From positions 1 through 64,000 of IMG/VR virus record IMGVR_UViG_3300005330_000014: a stretch of DNA of 64,000 nt, one strand, 5' to 3'. This DNA is from a virus (taxonomy: Duplodnaviria; Caudoviricetes). Position numbers and translations under genes: made by a program. The notes under the pieces were generated by a model. It was not told the origin of the DNA, ran no database searches, and saw nothing but the letters and a program-made list of their open reading frames with translations. Shown piece by piece: positions 48,142-57,154 of this stretch (position 1 is the stretch's first letter; every line of letters starts with the position of its first letter).

Positions 48142-48576
48142 CCCGTACCCATATAAGGAGCAACATTTAAATACTTAATTTCAGTCAATTTTTAAAATAA
48201 TTCCGCGCGGCAATGTGATGATTGGCATAAAACTTGTTTTCGATTGTTTTGTTTAATCGAAAGTTTGGCACGCTTCTTTTCTATAATCTTTAGAAAATCT
48301 TTAAATAAGTCAAATAAGTCAATTTAATTAATTAGTTATTTACTTTAGCCAATCTAATCAACCCTGCCAAATAATCAATATCCCTAGATAATCAATACGT
48401 CTTAACTATTTAGTTTACTTAAGTTAATAGTTAACCTATCTGAAGTATCCGCCGCGTAGCCGCGCGGCCAAATTGCCGGGTGCCCCTTATTACGTTCCTC
48501 ATACGTTCAAACGGAGGGTCTGTTTTCGCCGCTAGGCATTATTAAGAGTTTAATTGTTTAAAACTGAGGGCCAGCC

Positions 48577-48611
48577 GTACAGCAAGAATGCCGCCCATAT
48601 TAAAGAGCGGC
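48577..48611 (-). terminator. Terminator-like hairpin + 9 nt + GTAC
   Basis: GCCGCTC/GGGCGGC stem, ATTCTTGCT, GTAC. Confidence 0.6.
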
Positions 48612-48644
48612 AATCTTGAAAAGTGAGATTTATTATTTAGTTAC

Positions 48645-49097
48645 TTAATACTCTTCGGGTTCGATGGGTTCATCCATGTCGCTTTCATCGTAACCACTCA
48701 AAACGCAAGGGCGATAACGGCTCATTTTCTCGGCGTGGCAAGACTTACAGGTGCGGCAAAGATAAATTCCGCGCGCATCGCTGTTTGAATGGGAGGGCAA
48801 ACCACTGCCACAATTGCAAAGGCGGGTGACAACGGAGAAAGCCATTACCTCGATACTTTCCCACTCTTGCGCGATTGCCTTTTCATAATTTGGCCGCGCG
48901 CATTCATTCAAGCTTTCCACGTCCACCTTGCCCATCGAATCGCAGGAGAAACTATACCCGCCGTTCTTGGTAGTGAAGTGCAACGAGAAAGTTGTCTCGA
49001 TGATTTCGTGATCATCACGTTCAATATGTTTAGTTAAACCGGCAGCCACTTCATGAGTGTCAAACCAGCGGGAGAAGGAGATGGATGGATATTTCAT
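48645..49097 (-). CDS. Hypothetical protein with C-terminal zinc finger (CxC...DARGIY.CRTCxxC)
   Basis: Likely start MKYPS at 49097, 8 nt after the -10 box of promoter 49106-49134. Confidence 0.65.
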   Translation of the reverse strand: MKYPSISFSRWFDTHEVAAGLTKHIERDDHEIIETTFSLHFTTKNGGYSFSCDSMGKVDVESLNECARPNYEKAIAQEWESIEVMAFSVVTRLCNCGSGLPSHSNSDARGIYLCRTCKSCHAEKMSRYRPCVLSGYDESDMDEPIEPEEY

Positions 49098-49191
49098 ATA
49101 TTCCTTTTTTAATCCACTCAATCAATTCGTGCAACAAAAATTTTTAAATTCTTTCTTAATTACTTATTTACTCTGGAAAATAGTCTAATCA

Positions 49192-49235
49192 GTACAAAAG
49201 GAAACCCCCACTGCCGCGCGGACAATGAGGGTTTC
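49192..49235 (-). terminator. Terminator of candidate sRNA A (hairpin + 9 nt + GTAC)
   Basis: GAAACCC/GGGTTTC stem enclosing CCGCGCGG, T-rich tail, GTAC. Confidence 0.7.
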
Positions 49236-49470
49236 AAGGTGCTTTGCCTTGCGGCCTATCTTTGAGTTTTAAGCCATCGGCATTTCAGGCGGGCTGTCCG
49301 TTAGGACTTTTATTTGTTTACTTAGTTATTTGTCAGAGACTATTTCCGCCTTCACTGCCCATTACATATCTGCTAGCTAGACAGACTCGGGGACTCGACC
49401 GACGGTTTATTTCAATTTGAGTTTTTCACTTTTCAACATCGCTCTTATTATTGAGCAGGTTATTTCTAAC
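49196..49470 (-). ncRNA. Candidate sRNA A (~275 nt)
   Basis: Promoter-to-terminator unit whose longest ATG ORF is 10 codons; AGGCGG/CCGCCT and CCGTCGG/CCGATGG helices; GTCC-TAAC-GGAC and GCC-GCAA-GGC hairpins. Confidence 0.55.
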
Positions 49471-49476
49471 GAGTCC

Positions 49477-49505
49477 ATTTTACCATACCAATCCAAACGC
49501 GTCAA
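49477..49505 (-). promoter_or_regulatory. Sigma70 promoter of sRNA A
   Basis: TTGACG-17-TAAAAT with extended TG and upstream A/T tract. Confidence 0.75.
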
Positions 49506-49665
49506 CAAAAATTTTCAACTATTTTCAAAAATCTTTTTCCATCTTAATTATCCGCCCGAATTGATAGTTTGTTTTAATCTGTTTTAATCCGATTGTTTAG
49601 TTAATTAGTAATTAGGTTATTTGTTTTCTTCATTTAATTATTTAGTTGTTTAGTTATTTGAATCA

Positions 49666-49706
49666 GTACAAGAAAAAACCCGCCACCCTCTTTCGAGAGT
49701 GACGGG
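49666..49706 (-). terminator. Intrinsic terminator (hairpin + 9 nt + GTAC)
   Basis: CCCGTCACTCTC-GAAA-GAGGGTGGCGGG, TTTTTTCTT, GTAC. Confidence 0.8.
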
Positions 49707-49721
49707 CTTCCGTAGGCGATA

Positions 49722-50132
49722 TTACTTCGCGGGCGTCAAAACAGCCTTTGCCGTCTTCACGTTTTTCTTTGCGACGGGCTTCGCGGCCTTTGCCTTCGAC
49801 TCCGCCGCCTTCTTTGGCTTGTTCGTGCTGCCGACGGGACGACCCGACTTCGCGGCTGCCATCTTGATGCCGCTCTCGATAGGGTACGGGATTTTCGCGT
49901 TGCCCTTGGAAGGCTCCTCGGTGAGAAACACGCGAACGAATTCCTTGCCACCCTTGTGCGTTTCATGCCGCGCGGACACGGTTGCATCCATTTGCTTCGC
50001 TCCCGTGTGAGCCATCGCGTAAATATTCGCGATTTTCTGACCGTTCACGGGAACGACGAACGATTGACCCTTCCGCATAAGGCGGAGCGTGGCGGAGATG
50101 CTGAACTTGTTTTTATTGGAGTTGTTTTTCAT
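49722..50132 (-). CDS. Basic DNA-binding protein with AT-hook and Lys/Ala-rich tail
   Basis: GRPVGSTNKPK AT-hook-like motif; N-terminal MRKGQSFVVP...VRVF small beta domain; GC-rich codons. Confidence 0.7.
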   Translation of the reverse strand: MKNNSNKNKFSISATLRLMRKGQSFVVPVNGQKIANIYAMAHTGAKQMDATVSARHETHKGGKEFVRVFLTEEPSKGNAKIPYPIESGIKMAAAKSGRPVGSTNKPKKAAESKAKAAKPVAKKNVKTAKAVLTPAK

Positions 50133-50216
50133 ACTGTTATTTAGTTTTTTAGTTTAGTTGTTTGTTTCGAGTTTTTCTAGTCTTTCAAGCTAAGGGATTG
50201 AACCTTTTCTGTCACT

Positions 50217-50244
50217 ACTTTAGCACATATTGAGATTCTGTCAA
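50217..50244 (-). promoter_or_regulatory. Sigma70 promoter
   Basis: TTGACA-16-TG-extended TAAAGT. Confidence 0.7.
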
Positions 50245-50297
50245 CAATTATTTTAGGAAATTTTTTGGTTATGTAATTTTCTCTGTATTTGAATTGT

Positions 50298-50522
50298 TTA
50301 AATTGTTTGTTTACTTACTTTCCAAACGGGTGCCCGCAAACAATTCTGTTTCCGAAATTTCCGCAATTCTTTCCGCTTGGCTTTCAGTCCCGCCGCAATC
50401 TTTTCATTCAAAATTCCCGTGCATGTTCCCGCTTTCAAATCTTTATAATGTTTTTGTGCAATATCCGCCGCCACAGTTCCCATGATCAAATCGTTTACCG
50501 TTGGAAGATTCTTTTTGTTCAT
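50298..50522 (-). CDS. Hypothetical protein
   Basis: A/AACT-rich leader. Confidence 0.55.
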   Translation of the reverse strand: MNKKNLPTVNDLIMGTVAADIAQKHYKDLKAGTCTGILNEKIAAGLKAKRKELRKFRKQNCLRAPVWKVSKQTI

Positions 50523-50558
50523 ATTTTTAGTTTTTTTAGTGTTTGGTTTAGTTAATTA

Positions 50559-50810
50559 TTAGTTTTTAATTAAGCTGTGCCACGTTCCCTTGCCACGTCC
50601 CCGGATTTTTACCTCCAGTATTTCGGCGGGCTCAAAATTCCTCTCAATCCTCCGCATGATTTCATAAAGGTGAAAAGAATGATCCGCGCGAATCCAGAGA
50701 ATGTGCCCGCGTCCCTCGCCATCAGTAACGCGGAAAGAATAATCCCGGCATTTGTTGGCGGAACTACCGAAAACGAAAGGCAAACCTTGGGGAATAAAAG
50801 TAGTGATCAT
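50559..50810 (-). CDS. Hypothetical protein
   Basis: A-rich leader; operonic. Confidence 0.55.
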   Translation of the reverse strand: MITTFIPQGLPFVFGSSANKCRDYSFRVTDGEGRGHILWIRADHSFHLYEIMRRIERNFEPAEILEVKIRGRGKGTWHSLIKN

Positions 50811-50862
50811 ATTATTTATGTATTTATGTTGATTGTTTATTTAGTTTAAGTTAGTTAATTGT

Positions 50863-51069
50863 TTAGTCTTGAAAATCGCCGTAGGGGAAACCCATATCCA
50901 TTTCTTCATCGCTGCCACGTTCCAAACATCCAGAGCAGATTGAGAAACGCGAGCCTCGGGGCACTTTCGCCCCACAAGTGCATTTCATATTGAGTTGTTC
51001 TCCAGTTTCCGCATCGAAATCGGGGCAGCAACCGGATTCATGACCGCAGCAAGGGAAATCTTCGCACAT
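50863..51069 (-). CDS. Cys-rich hypothetical protein (CEDFPCCGH...)
   Basis: Eight Cys; follows promoter 51113-51141. Confidence 0.65.
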   Translation of the reverse strand: MCEDFPCCGHESGCCPDFDAETGEQLNMKCTCGAKVPRGSRFSICSGCLERGSDEEMDMGFPYGDFQD

Positions 51070-51112
51070 AATTTTGTTTATTTTTAAGGTTAAAGGTTAA
51101 TCTGACACAGCC

Positions 51113-51141
51113 AATTTATCAGCTATTCAATCATCCGTCAA
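51113..51141 (-). promoter_or_regulatory. Sigma70 promoter
   Basis: TTGACG-17-TG-extended TAAATT. Confidence 0.7.
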
Positions 51142-51174
51142 TAGAAAAATTTAGAATTTTTTTAGCTTAGATTT

Positions 51175-51223
51175 GTACAGCAAAAAAGCCGCGCGCCTTA
51201 ACCCTGACGGGTGGACACGCGGC
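51175..51223 (-). terminator. Intrinsic terminator (hairpin + 9 nt + GTAC)
   Basis: GCCGCG/CGCGGC stem, TTTTTTGCT, GTAC. Confidence 0.75.
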
Positions 51224-51250
51224 CTTTGTATTTATTTATTTAATTAAATT

Positions 51251-51394
51251 TTACATTCCTTGTTTCCGCGCCCATTTCTCGAATGCCTTATCGATACTCA
51301 ACTCCGCCACCTTTTCTTTTCGGTCCATCCGTTCATTTTGATTCGGGCGCGTATATTCGAGTTTTGTATTTTTGCGGGAGGTATGTTTTTTCAT
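51251..51394 (-). CDS. Small protein not in track (MKKHTSRKNTKLEYTRP..., 47 aa)
   Basis: AACTAA leader; clean ATG-TAA. Confidence 0.5.
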   Translation of the reverse strand: MKKHTSRKNTKLEYTRPNQNERMDRKEKVAELSIDKAFEKWARKQGM

Positions 51395-51432
51395 GAGTTA
51401 TTTTAGTTAGTAGTTATTTGTTTGTGGGAGAG

Positions 51433-51516
51433 TGGTGGCCCGCCTCGGACTCGAACCGAGAAACCTTTCGGTCAGGGATTTTAAGTCCCCCGTGTTTGCC
51501 ATTTCACCAGCGGGCC
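51433..51516 (-). tRNA. trnL: tRNA-Leu(TAA)
   Basis: GGCCCGC/GCGGGCC acceptor; loop CT-TAA-AA; long variable arm; TTCGAGT T loop; encoded ACCA. Confidence 0.92.
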
Positions 51517-51535
51517 AAAGTGTTTATTTAGTTAA

Positions 51536-51697
51536 TTAAATATATGATTCTGCCCGCTGCTCCCACGCCTGCTGCTCCCACATATCATTTGCGGCTGCCA
51601 TCGTAATTGCAAGGGCTCGATCAGCTTTGCTCATGCGTCGGATTTGTTCATGCGTAAATCCCGCGCGGCTCAATTGTTTAAGTATGTAGATATTCAT
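51536..51697 (-). CDS. Small protein not in track (MNIYILKQLSRAGF..., 53 aa)
   Basis: AACTAA leader; clean ORF. Confidence 0.5.
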   Translation of the reverse strand: MNIYILKQLSRAGFTHEQIRRMSKADRALAITMAAANDMWEQQAWEQRAESYI

Positions 51698-51791
51698 TAG
51701 TTTTTAGTTATAATTGATTAAACCGTTTTGAAAATCACAACGATTCCGATTGCAAGGAAGATTACAAATGGGTCCATGAGTTATTTATTAG

Positions 51792-52067
51792 TTAGTCAAT
51801 GAAAACGTGTGCATAATCCCCGTTAGGTAGTGATCCCGTAACAAAGTTCTTATTCCAAGAATTGCCCGCTTGTGGATTGCCAAATTTCTCAACATCTTCC
51901 GCCGCAAATTTTTCGCATAACTTTTGTGCCCCGTAAATATGTGCGGCATCGTGCCCGTCTACCTCCACCGGAATTGAAAGGGTAATTGAGCCGCGCGTAC
52001 AAAACGCTTTAATACGTGTTGGCTTTGTGTTTGTCCAAGGCAGGATTTTTGTTTGGATAGCTTGCAT
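51792..52067 (-). CDS. Hypothetical phage protein (MQAIQTK..P.TNTKPTRIKA)
   Basis: (AACT)n leader. Confidence 0.65.
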   Translation of the reverse strand: MQAIQTKILPWTNTKPTRIKAFCTRGSITLSIPVEVDGHDAAHIYGAQKLCEKFAAEDVEKFGNPQAGNSWNKNFVTGSLPNGDYAHVFID

Positions 52068-52104
52068 ATTAGTATTTAGTTAAGTAGTTAAGTTAGTTAA
52101 TTGA

Positions 52105-52341
52105 TTACTTTGATTCTTCCGTACTCCATTCAATATGATTGTTATGTTCAGTTTCGATATTGCTGATATATCCGTACTCATACAATCCGCGTTTCACGGG
52201 AATTTTGAAGTCATTTGGGCGGGTTTTCCACGTTTTCACTTTCCCGTTAACGCGGACGCGCCCGGCCAAATTGTTAATGTGATAAAGGTATTGACCGTGC
52301 TTAAGAGTGAGGGCGATTTCTTTTGTAATGTGTGGCTTCAT
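52105..52341 (-). CDS. Hypothetical phage protein (RVNGKVKTWKTRP.DF.IPVK.GLYEYGY)
   Basis: Clean ORF. Confidence 0.65.
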   Translation of the reverse strand: MKPHITKEIALTLKHGQYLYHINNLAGRVRVNGKVKTWKTRPNDFKIPVKRGLYEYGYISNIETEHNNHIEWSTEESK

Positions 52342-52811
52342 ATTTCCAATTTAAATCAGATTTTGTGCCGTAACAAGGATTATTTCTAAAAATGTTTTTA
52401 CAGAGAAAAATGCGGTTTTTGAATGGTTTTAAAGTCTTTTGAATCCGCGCGGCCAAGTTCTGTTTACTTTCAGGCGGATTTTTTAAGTTTTTCGCGGCTT
52501 TTATTAGTACTTTTACCAAAACTGATTACTTTTTTCTGATTTTTTAGTATAGTATTTAACCCAACAAGCGCCAACGTAACCAAGATACTATCCCAGAATA
52601 TCCAGAGGATTAAAGAAATCATATAGTTATATTAAGAATTATTAAGAGTTATATTAAAGTTAATTAGTTATTACCTTTAATCGCGGGGATTCTCGAATTT
52701 TGTTCACACCGATGATACGCGCGCATACATGCAGAACGAAAAACATCATTAGGTGCCCGCTTTGCCAAATCCAAATATTTTGCCGCGAGAATTTTCTGCT
52801 CGTTGCGGAAT

Positions 52812-52841
52812 ATATTAAATCCGCCCGGCTAATCTTGTCAA
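52812..52841 (-). promoter_or_regulatory. Sigma70 promoter
   Basis: TTGACA-18-TAATAT with upstream A/T tract. Confidence 0.55.
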
Positions 52842-53386
52842 TAGGATTTTTCAAGAAAAAGATTTAGGAAAAATTATTCATTTTTATTGTTTAAATCGCG
52901 CGGCTTTACGTTTTAAATGTGTAAATATAATAGTTAAAGTTAATTATTTAAGTAGTATTGTTATTAGTATTGGATTCGCTCCGTCGCCCTAACGCTAATT
53001 AACCCTAAACGAAAAAGTAGATAACCTAAACAAAGATATATTAAACTGTTAGTATAAGCCAGCTTTTAAAAGCAATTACGACTTATATTAAATTTTTTTT
53101 GTTTATTAAGTAGCTACACTTAGACAAAATGAACATGCCAAAATAATAATAATACAGAAAACTACAAACCAAAATGTTTCTTCATTATTCATATAATTGT
53201 TGAATTATCAGAGTAAAATAGTTAATTGGAAAATTATTAAATAGTATCCGTAAGGATGATTATTAAGAAAAGGAATAAAATAAGAAGGGGAAGACTATAA
53301 TTTTTATTACAAATTTTGTTTAAATCTTAGTTAATTAGCTTGTTTTTCTATTATCTTTTTTATTATCTATATCTATCCTAGTTATT

Positions 53387-53617
53387 CTAGTTTATTTCTA
53401 ATTTAATATGCATTGTATCCGCCATACTTTGATCAAACCTATTTCTTCTCATAAAGACTTTTAATGTTTGAACTTTAAAGGCATCATCTGGGATTGTAAG
53501 ATCACTAAATGGTTTGTCCGCCGAGATTGTTTCTGCTCCTACTGTAAAAACTATTTTAGTGGCCCCGCATTCTGATTGCGCGCGTTTCAGTAATTTAATA
53601 AGTTTATTGATTTCCAT
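53387..53617 (-). CDS. Hypothetical protein
   Basis: A-rich leader. Confidence 0.55.
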   Translation of the reverse strand: MEINKLIKLLKRAQSECGATKIVFTVGAETISADKPFSDLTIPDDAFKVQTLKVFMRRNRFDQSMADTMHIKLEIN

Positions 53618-53822
53618 ATTCTTTATTTTTATTTATTTCTTCTTATTCTTCTTAATTACTTTTGTTATTTCTCTCTTTACCTTAATATCACAAACCACTT
53701 TCTTATTATTACTTACCTCGATTAATTCCTTATTAATCCATTTATAAGTAAACTTAGGGAATATTCTTTTTAACTCGTCCACCAGAGTAATTTGAGCGCG
53801 CGGCTTCATATTATTTTAGTTT

Positions 53823-54026
53823 TTACTCTGGTTTATTAATTAGTTTTTTAATTCCATATTCTATCCCATCATAACATCCTACGATAACTTTTTCCATTAA
53901 TTCTCCAGTTATATTATTCCAGTAAACTGAGCCGCCCGTAGTTTCGCCCACAAATTCCCATTCTTCTTTCTCTAATAGTTTATCGCCTTCTTCTTTAGAA
54001 ATAATTTGTTCTTCAGAGTAATTCAT
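53823..54026 (-). CDS. Hypothetical protein
   Basis: A-rich leader. Confidence 0.55.
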   Translation of the reverse strand: MNYSEEQIISKEEGDKLLEKEEWEFVGETTGGSVYWNNITGELMEKVIVGCYDGIEYGIKKLINKPE

Positions 54027-54055
54027 AAAATTTATTGTTTTTCCTTAGTTATTTC

Positions 54056-54286
54056 TTACTTATTTAAATCTTTAAATCCTTCAAGGGCGAAACCAAATCC
54101 AAGTATTGAAATTCCAAAACCATAATAGTTATCTTTTATATCTGTAGCCGCGCGAATTACAGTGTCCAACTTAATATAATTGTCCGCGCGGCTTATTAAG
54201 AATGAAGGATAAAGTAATTGGAATTTTATTTTGATATTGCGGGGACTTCTGAGGTAGAAAGTCTTATGACCAGTTGAATGAATCAT
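54056..54286 (-). CDS. Hypothetical protein
   Basis: Operonic ORF. Confidence 0.5.
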   Translation of the reverse strand: MIHSTGHKTFYLRSPRNIKIKFQLLYPSFLISRADNYIKLDTVIRAATDIKDNYYGFGISILGFGFALEGFKDLNK

Positions 54287-54529
54287 ATCATTTTTTCTCT
54301 GTAATATACCATTTACTTAGTTTGTTTAATTCTCTAATTGATTTGATTGCCTTTTTATATCTTTTAACTTTAAGATTAAAAATCCAATTATTCCAAATTG
54401 TTATGAATATGTCAATCATATTGTATTGTTTATTAGTTAAAACACCATCTATCTAAAATATCATTTTGATACTCGCCACGAATCCAACCGCCCAAATTAT
54501 CAGAGTAATTAGTATGTCTAGTCTCATGA

Positions 54530-54763
54530 TTATTTTTTTAAACTATCCCAAATACGCGCGGCCTCTTCATGATTTTCAGCAACCATATCAGCATAGAAAT
54601 CTACGTCGCAATTTTCTAAGCAATAATAAGTTAATTGTTTCCCGTTGTATTGCGGTTTATAAATCACTTTCTCAATCCTAGACTGAATAATTGATTGATC
54701 CCAAATACCAAAAACTACATCGCCAACTTGGAATCGGGCGCGTTGAAGTACTGTCATTTTCAT
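54530..54763 (-). CDS. Hypothetical protein
   Basis: A-rich leader. Confidence 0.55.
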   Translation of the reverse strand: MKMTVLQRARFQVGDVVFGIWDQSIIQSRIEKVIYKPQYNGKQLTYYCLENCDVDFYADMVAENHEEAARIWDSLKK

Positions 54764-54893
54764 AATTTTTATTGATTTTTTTGTTTAGTTATTTTCTTCT
54801 GCCGTTAGGCTATCTCTGTAATCCGCCGCCGCGTGGCTTTATATATGTCCACCAATTCTCTTATTGTTTAGTTATTTGGAGTTTGTAATGAGG

Positions 54894-55202
54894 TTAATCA
54901 ATGTGCTGATTAATTATTGCTGCGATGTCGCCCAAGGATGCCCTGACTGAATTAGGTCCATGTCCATGCTCGCAAATTATAAAACTGTCTTGCAGATGTT
55001 GAGCGAGCGTGGCCACGTTTGGTCTTTCACTTTCTTCTTTAACTTTATCTTCCAAGTCTTTATTATACTTGTTTATTGAATTTACAATTTCATTATGAAT
55101 TGGTAATGTAACTCTATAGAAAATCGATGGAATCGCAAACCATATTAGCCGCGCGATTAATCCTAGTATCTTCAATAACAATTGAAATTGAGTATTATTC
55201 AT
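54894..55202 (-). CDS. Hypothetical protein
   Basis: AACT leader. Confidence 0.55.
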   Translation of the reverse strand: MNNTQFQLLLKILGLIARLIWFAIPSIFYRVTLPIHNEIVNSINKYNKDLEDKVKEESERPNVATLAQHLQDSFIICEHGHGPNSVRASLGDIAAIINQHID

Positions 55203-55237
55203 AATAGTTTTTAATTAGCTAGTTTTTAAATATTTTA

Positions 55238-55576
55238 TTATCGTTCGTCAATCATATGGGCTGAATATGTAGCTTTTGCAGTAAAGCCGCGCGGCGGCAA
55301 TTGTACCCGCTTACCTTTACAACAATGACTTTCGCAGAAGTAACCCGTTTTCTTTGCGCGGCTCAAATCTTTTTTATCCACAAAGTTTCGTATGTATACT
55401 TGTTTAGTTTTTAAATTAATTTGAATGCGAGCCATTTCTCCACAACTCCCATATTCAACAATCGCAAAATGAGTAAATCCTGATTGTTTCCAGTCAGGAG
55501 ATACAATCTCACATATTAGCAATACTTTTAAATTGTCGCCACCGATTCCGCGCGGATTACTAAGTTTGATATTCAT
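55238..55576 (-). CDS. Hypothetical protein
   Basis: Operonic ORF. Confidence 0.55.
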   Translation of the reverse strand: MNIKLSNPRGIGGDNLKVLLICEIVSPDWKQSGFTHFAIVEYGSCGEMARIQINLKTKQVYIRNFVDKKDLSRAKKTGYFCESHCCKGKRVQLPPRGFTAKATYSAHMIDER

Positions 55577-55610
55577 ATCATTATATAAGTAGTATAATAT
55601 AGTTTGTTAG

Positions 55611-55805
55611 TCAGTCAGTTAATTTATGGATATCAGGGATTTTAGAATGCAGTTTTAAGTACGAGTTGTGACTATTAACGCGGAATTCAATCATTGAATC
55701 GTCAGTAAAGTAAATACCTACCCAATCGCCGTCTAGCCCAACTTGGGCAGTATCCGCACGGACTTCTTTAATTGTTTTACCTTTAAGCTGATCAAATAAA
55801 TGCAT
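55611..55805 (-). CDS. Hypothetical protein
   Basis: (AACT)n leader. Confidence 0.55.
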   Translation of the reverse strand: MHLFDQLKGKTIKEVRADTAQVGLDGDWVGIYFTDDSMIEFRVNSHNSYLKLHSKIPDIHKLTD

Positions 55806-55822
55806 ATGATTAGTTAGTTTAA

Positions 55823-56614
55823 TTACTTAGCCAAATACAGCCATTGGCACCCGGGGGACTTCAATTGTTTCAATACTTTAACTGCACATTCAGCAATTTT
55901 ACTTAGTAGTTTATCAGTAATTTTGAAACAGTCGGGAATATTTTCAATTAGTTCGGTAGGGTAAGGATATTTATTAATCAAGTTATGCTGTAGCTGATCA
56001 AATTCATCATTATAACCACCCAAATCACGCAAATAATTATTCAGTTTAACTACTTGTTTGGATTTGATTTTAGGAGATTTCATCGATTTCAATCCAAGCA
56101 GTGTTTTAACTTGTTTTAATAATCTTTGATACTCGCTAAATTCATCATTTTCCATTCTATCCCAGCCCTTATTTTTCTTTTTCAATTCTTTATCAACTAC
56201 TTCTTTAATTTTTGGCAGCAAAATTTCTGTAAATAGCAGTTTAGATAGTAATTCATTAAAATCATCTCCATCAAGCATATCACTGCCCAATTGCGCGATT
56301 GCCACCCGTTTCAAGCCTTGGGCGCGGGCCTGTTTAGATGACCATTTCAAATCATTTAATTGTATTTTAAAATCCCTAACGTCTGGATGCACGCAATCAG
56401 GTTTATCATTATGAGGCAAACCCATTGCGTAATTAACGGCGGCTTCAACGCACATTTGACCCTTGCGCGGGCGACCTAATCCACAGGACAAACCAAAAGA
56501 TAATACTTTAACTACTCGTTGAGCAGTATCTTTAGTGGGCGTTTCCACTTCTTCACTCGGGCGCAAGTCAGAGAATTTAACGTTAGTGTGAGTCTTGGTA
56601 TTGGATGTTTTCAT
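55823..56614 (-). CDS. Hypothetical phage protein (GQMCVEAAV...PH.D.P.CV.P.VR.F.I.LND..WSS..ARA.GL)
   Basis: 263 aa ORF with a conserved-looking Cys/His/Asp segment; function unknown. Confidence 0.65.
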   Translation of the reverse strand: MKTSNTKTHTNVKFSDLRPSEEVETPTKDTAQRVVKVLSFGLSCGLGRPRKGQMCVEAAVNYAMGLPHNDKPDCVHPDVRDFKIQLNDLKWSSKQARAQGLKRVAIAQLGSDMLDGDDFNELLSKLLFTEILLPKIKEVVDKELKKKNKGWDRMENDEFSEYQRLLKQVKTLLGLKSMKSPKIKSKQVVKLNNYLRDLGGYNDEFDQLQHNLINKYPYPTELIENIPDCFKITDKLLSKIAECAVKVLKQLKSPGCQWLYLAK

Positions 56615-56854
56615 TGATTTGTTTGTTTTTATTTATTGCGGTTAATTAGTTAGGTTTAGTTAATTAATTCTTTTCACTTCAACTTCAATATCCCAAACGG
56701 GCGCGAGTTCGTTAAGGATATAAGCATAACCAATTCGTCGGAGGCGCGCGGGCTTAGATTCGCGCGGATTCGTGATGATGAAAAACCAAATTAGGAAAAG
56801 AATTTCACCGAATAGATAGAATAGAATGAATGAGAGCATAGTTAAGTTAGTGAA

Positions 56855-57127
56855 TTAGTTAATATTTGTAGTAATATATCCCCAAACATCCGTTTTGGGT
56901 GAGTGTCCATCGCCCGATTTCAAATAGCACAAATCCAAATATTTGTTTGGCGTGCCATTTCGCTGATTAAATACTTGAATGGTTGCTAATTGTTTGCCTA
57001 TTGAGTCTAACCAAGCTTTTTCATTTAGTTTTTTAACTTCAAAGGCCGCGCGGGCCTCTTCCATCGAAACAAACATAACGCTGGCGGGATATTTTTCAGG
57101 GTAAACGATTGCTTTATCTTTATCCAT
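56855..57127 (-). CDS. Hypothetical protein
   Basis: AACT leader. Confidence 0.55.
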   Translation of the reverse strand: MDKDKAIVYPEKYPASVMFVSMEEARAAFEVKKLNEKAWLDSIGKQLATIQVFNQRNGTPNKYLDLCYLKSGDGHSPKTDVWGYITTNIN

Positions 57128-57154
57128 AAAACAAAATTAGTTATTTATTGAATC

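Noticed and set aside
49333-49342. TCAGAGACTA, matching the group I intron R element on the plus strand
   Set aside because: There is no downstream TAGTC partner or other core element, and promoter/terminator orientation indicates minus-strand transcription.
52301-52854. Tracked ORFs 52301-52519 and 52660-52854 as genes
   Set aside because: They have weak starts, low-complexity A-rich translations, and overlap promoter/leader sequence; left unannotated.
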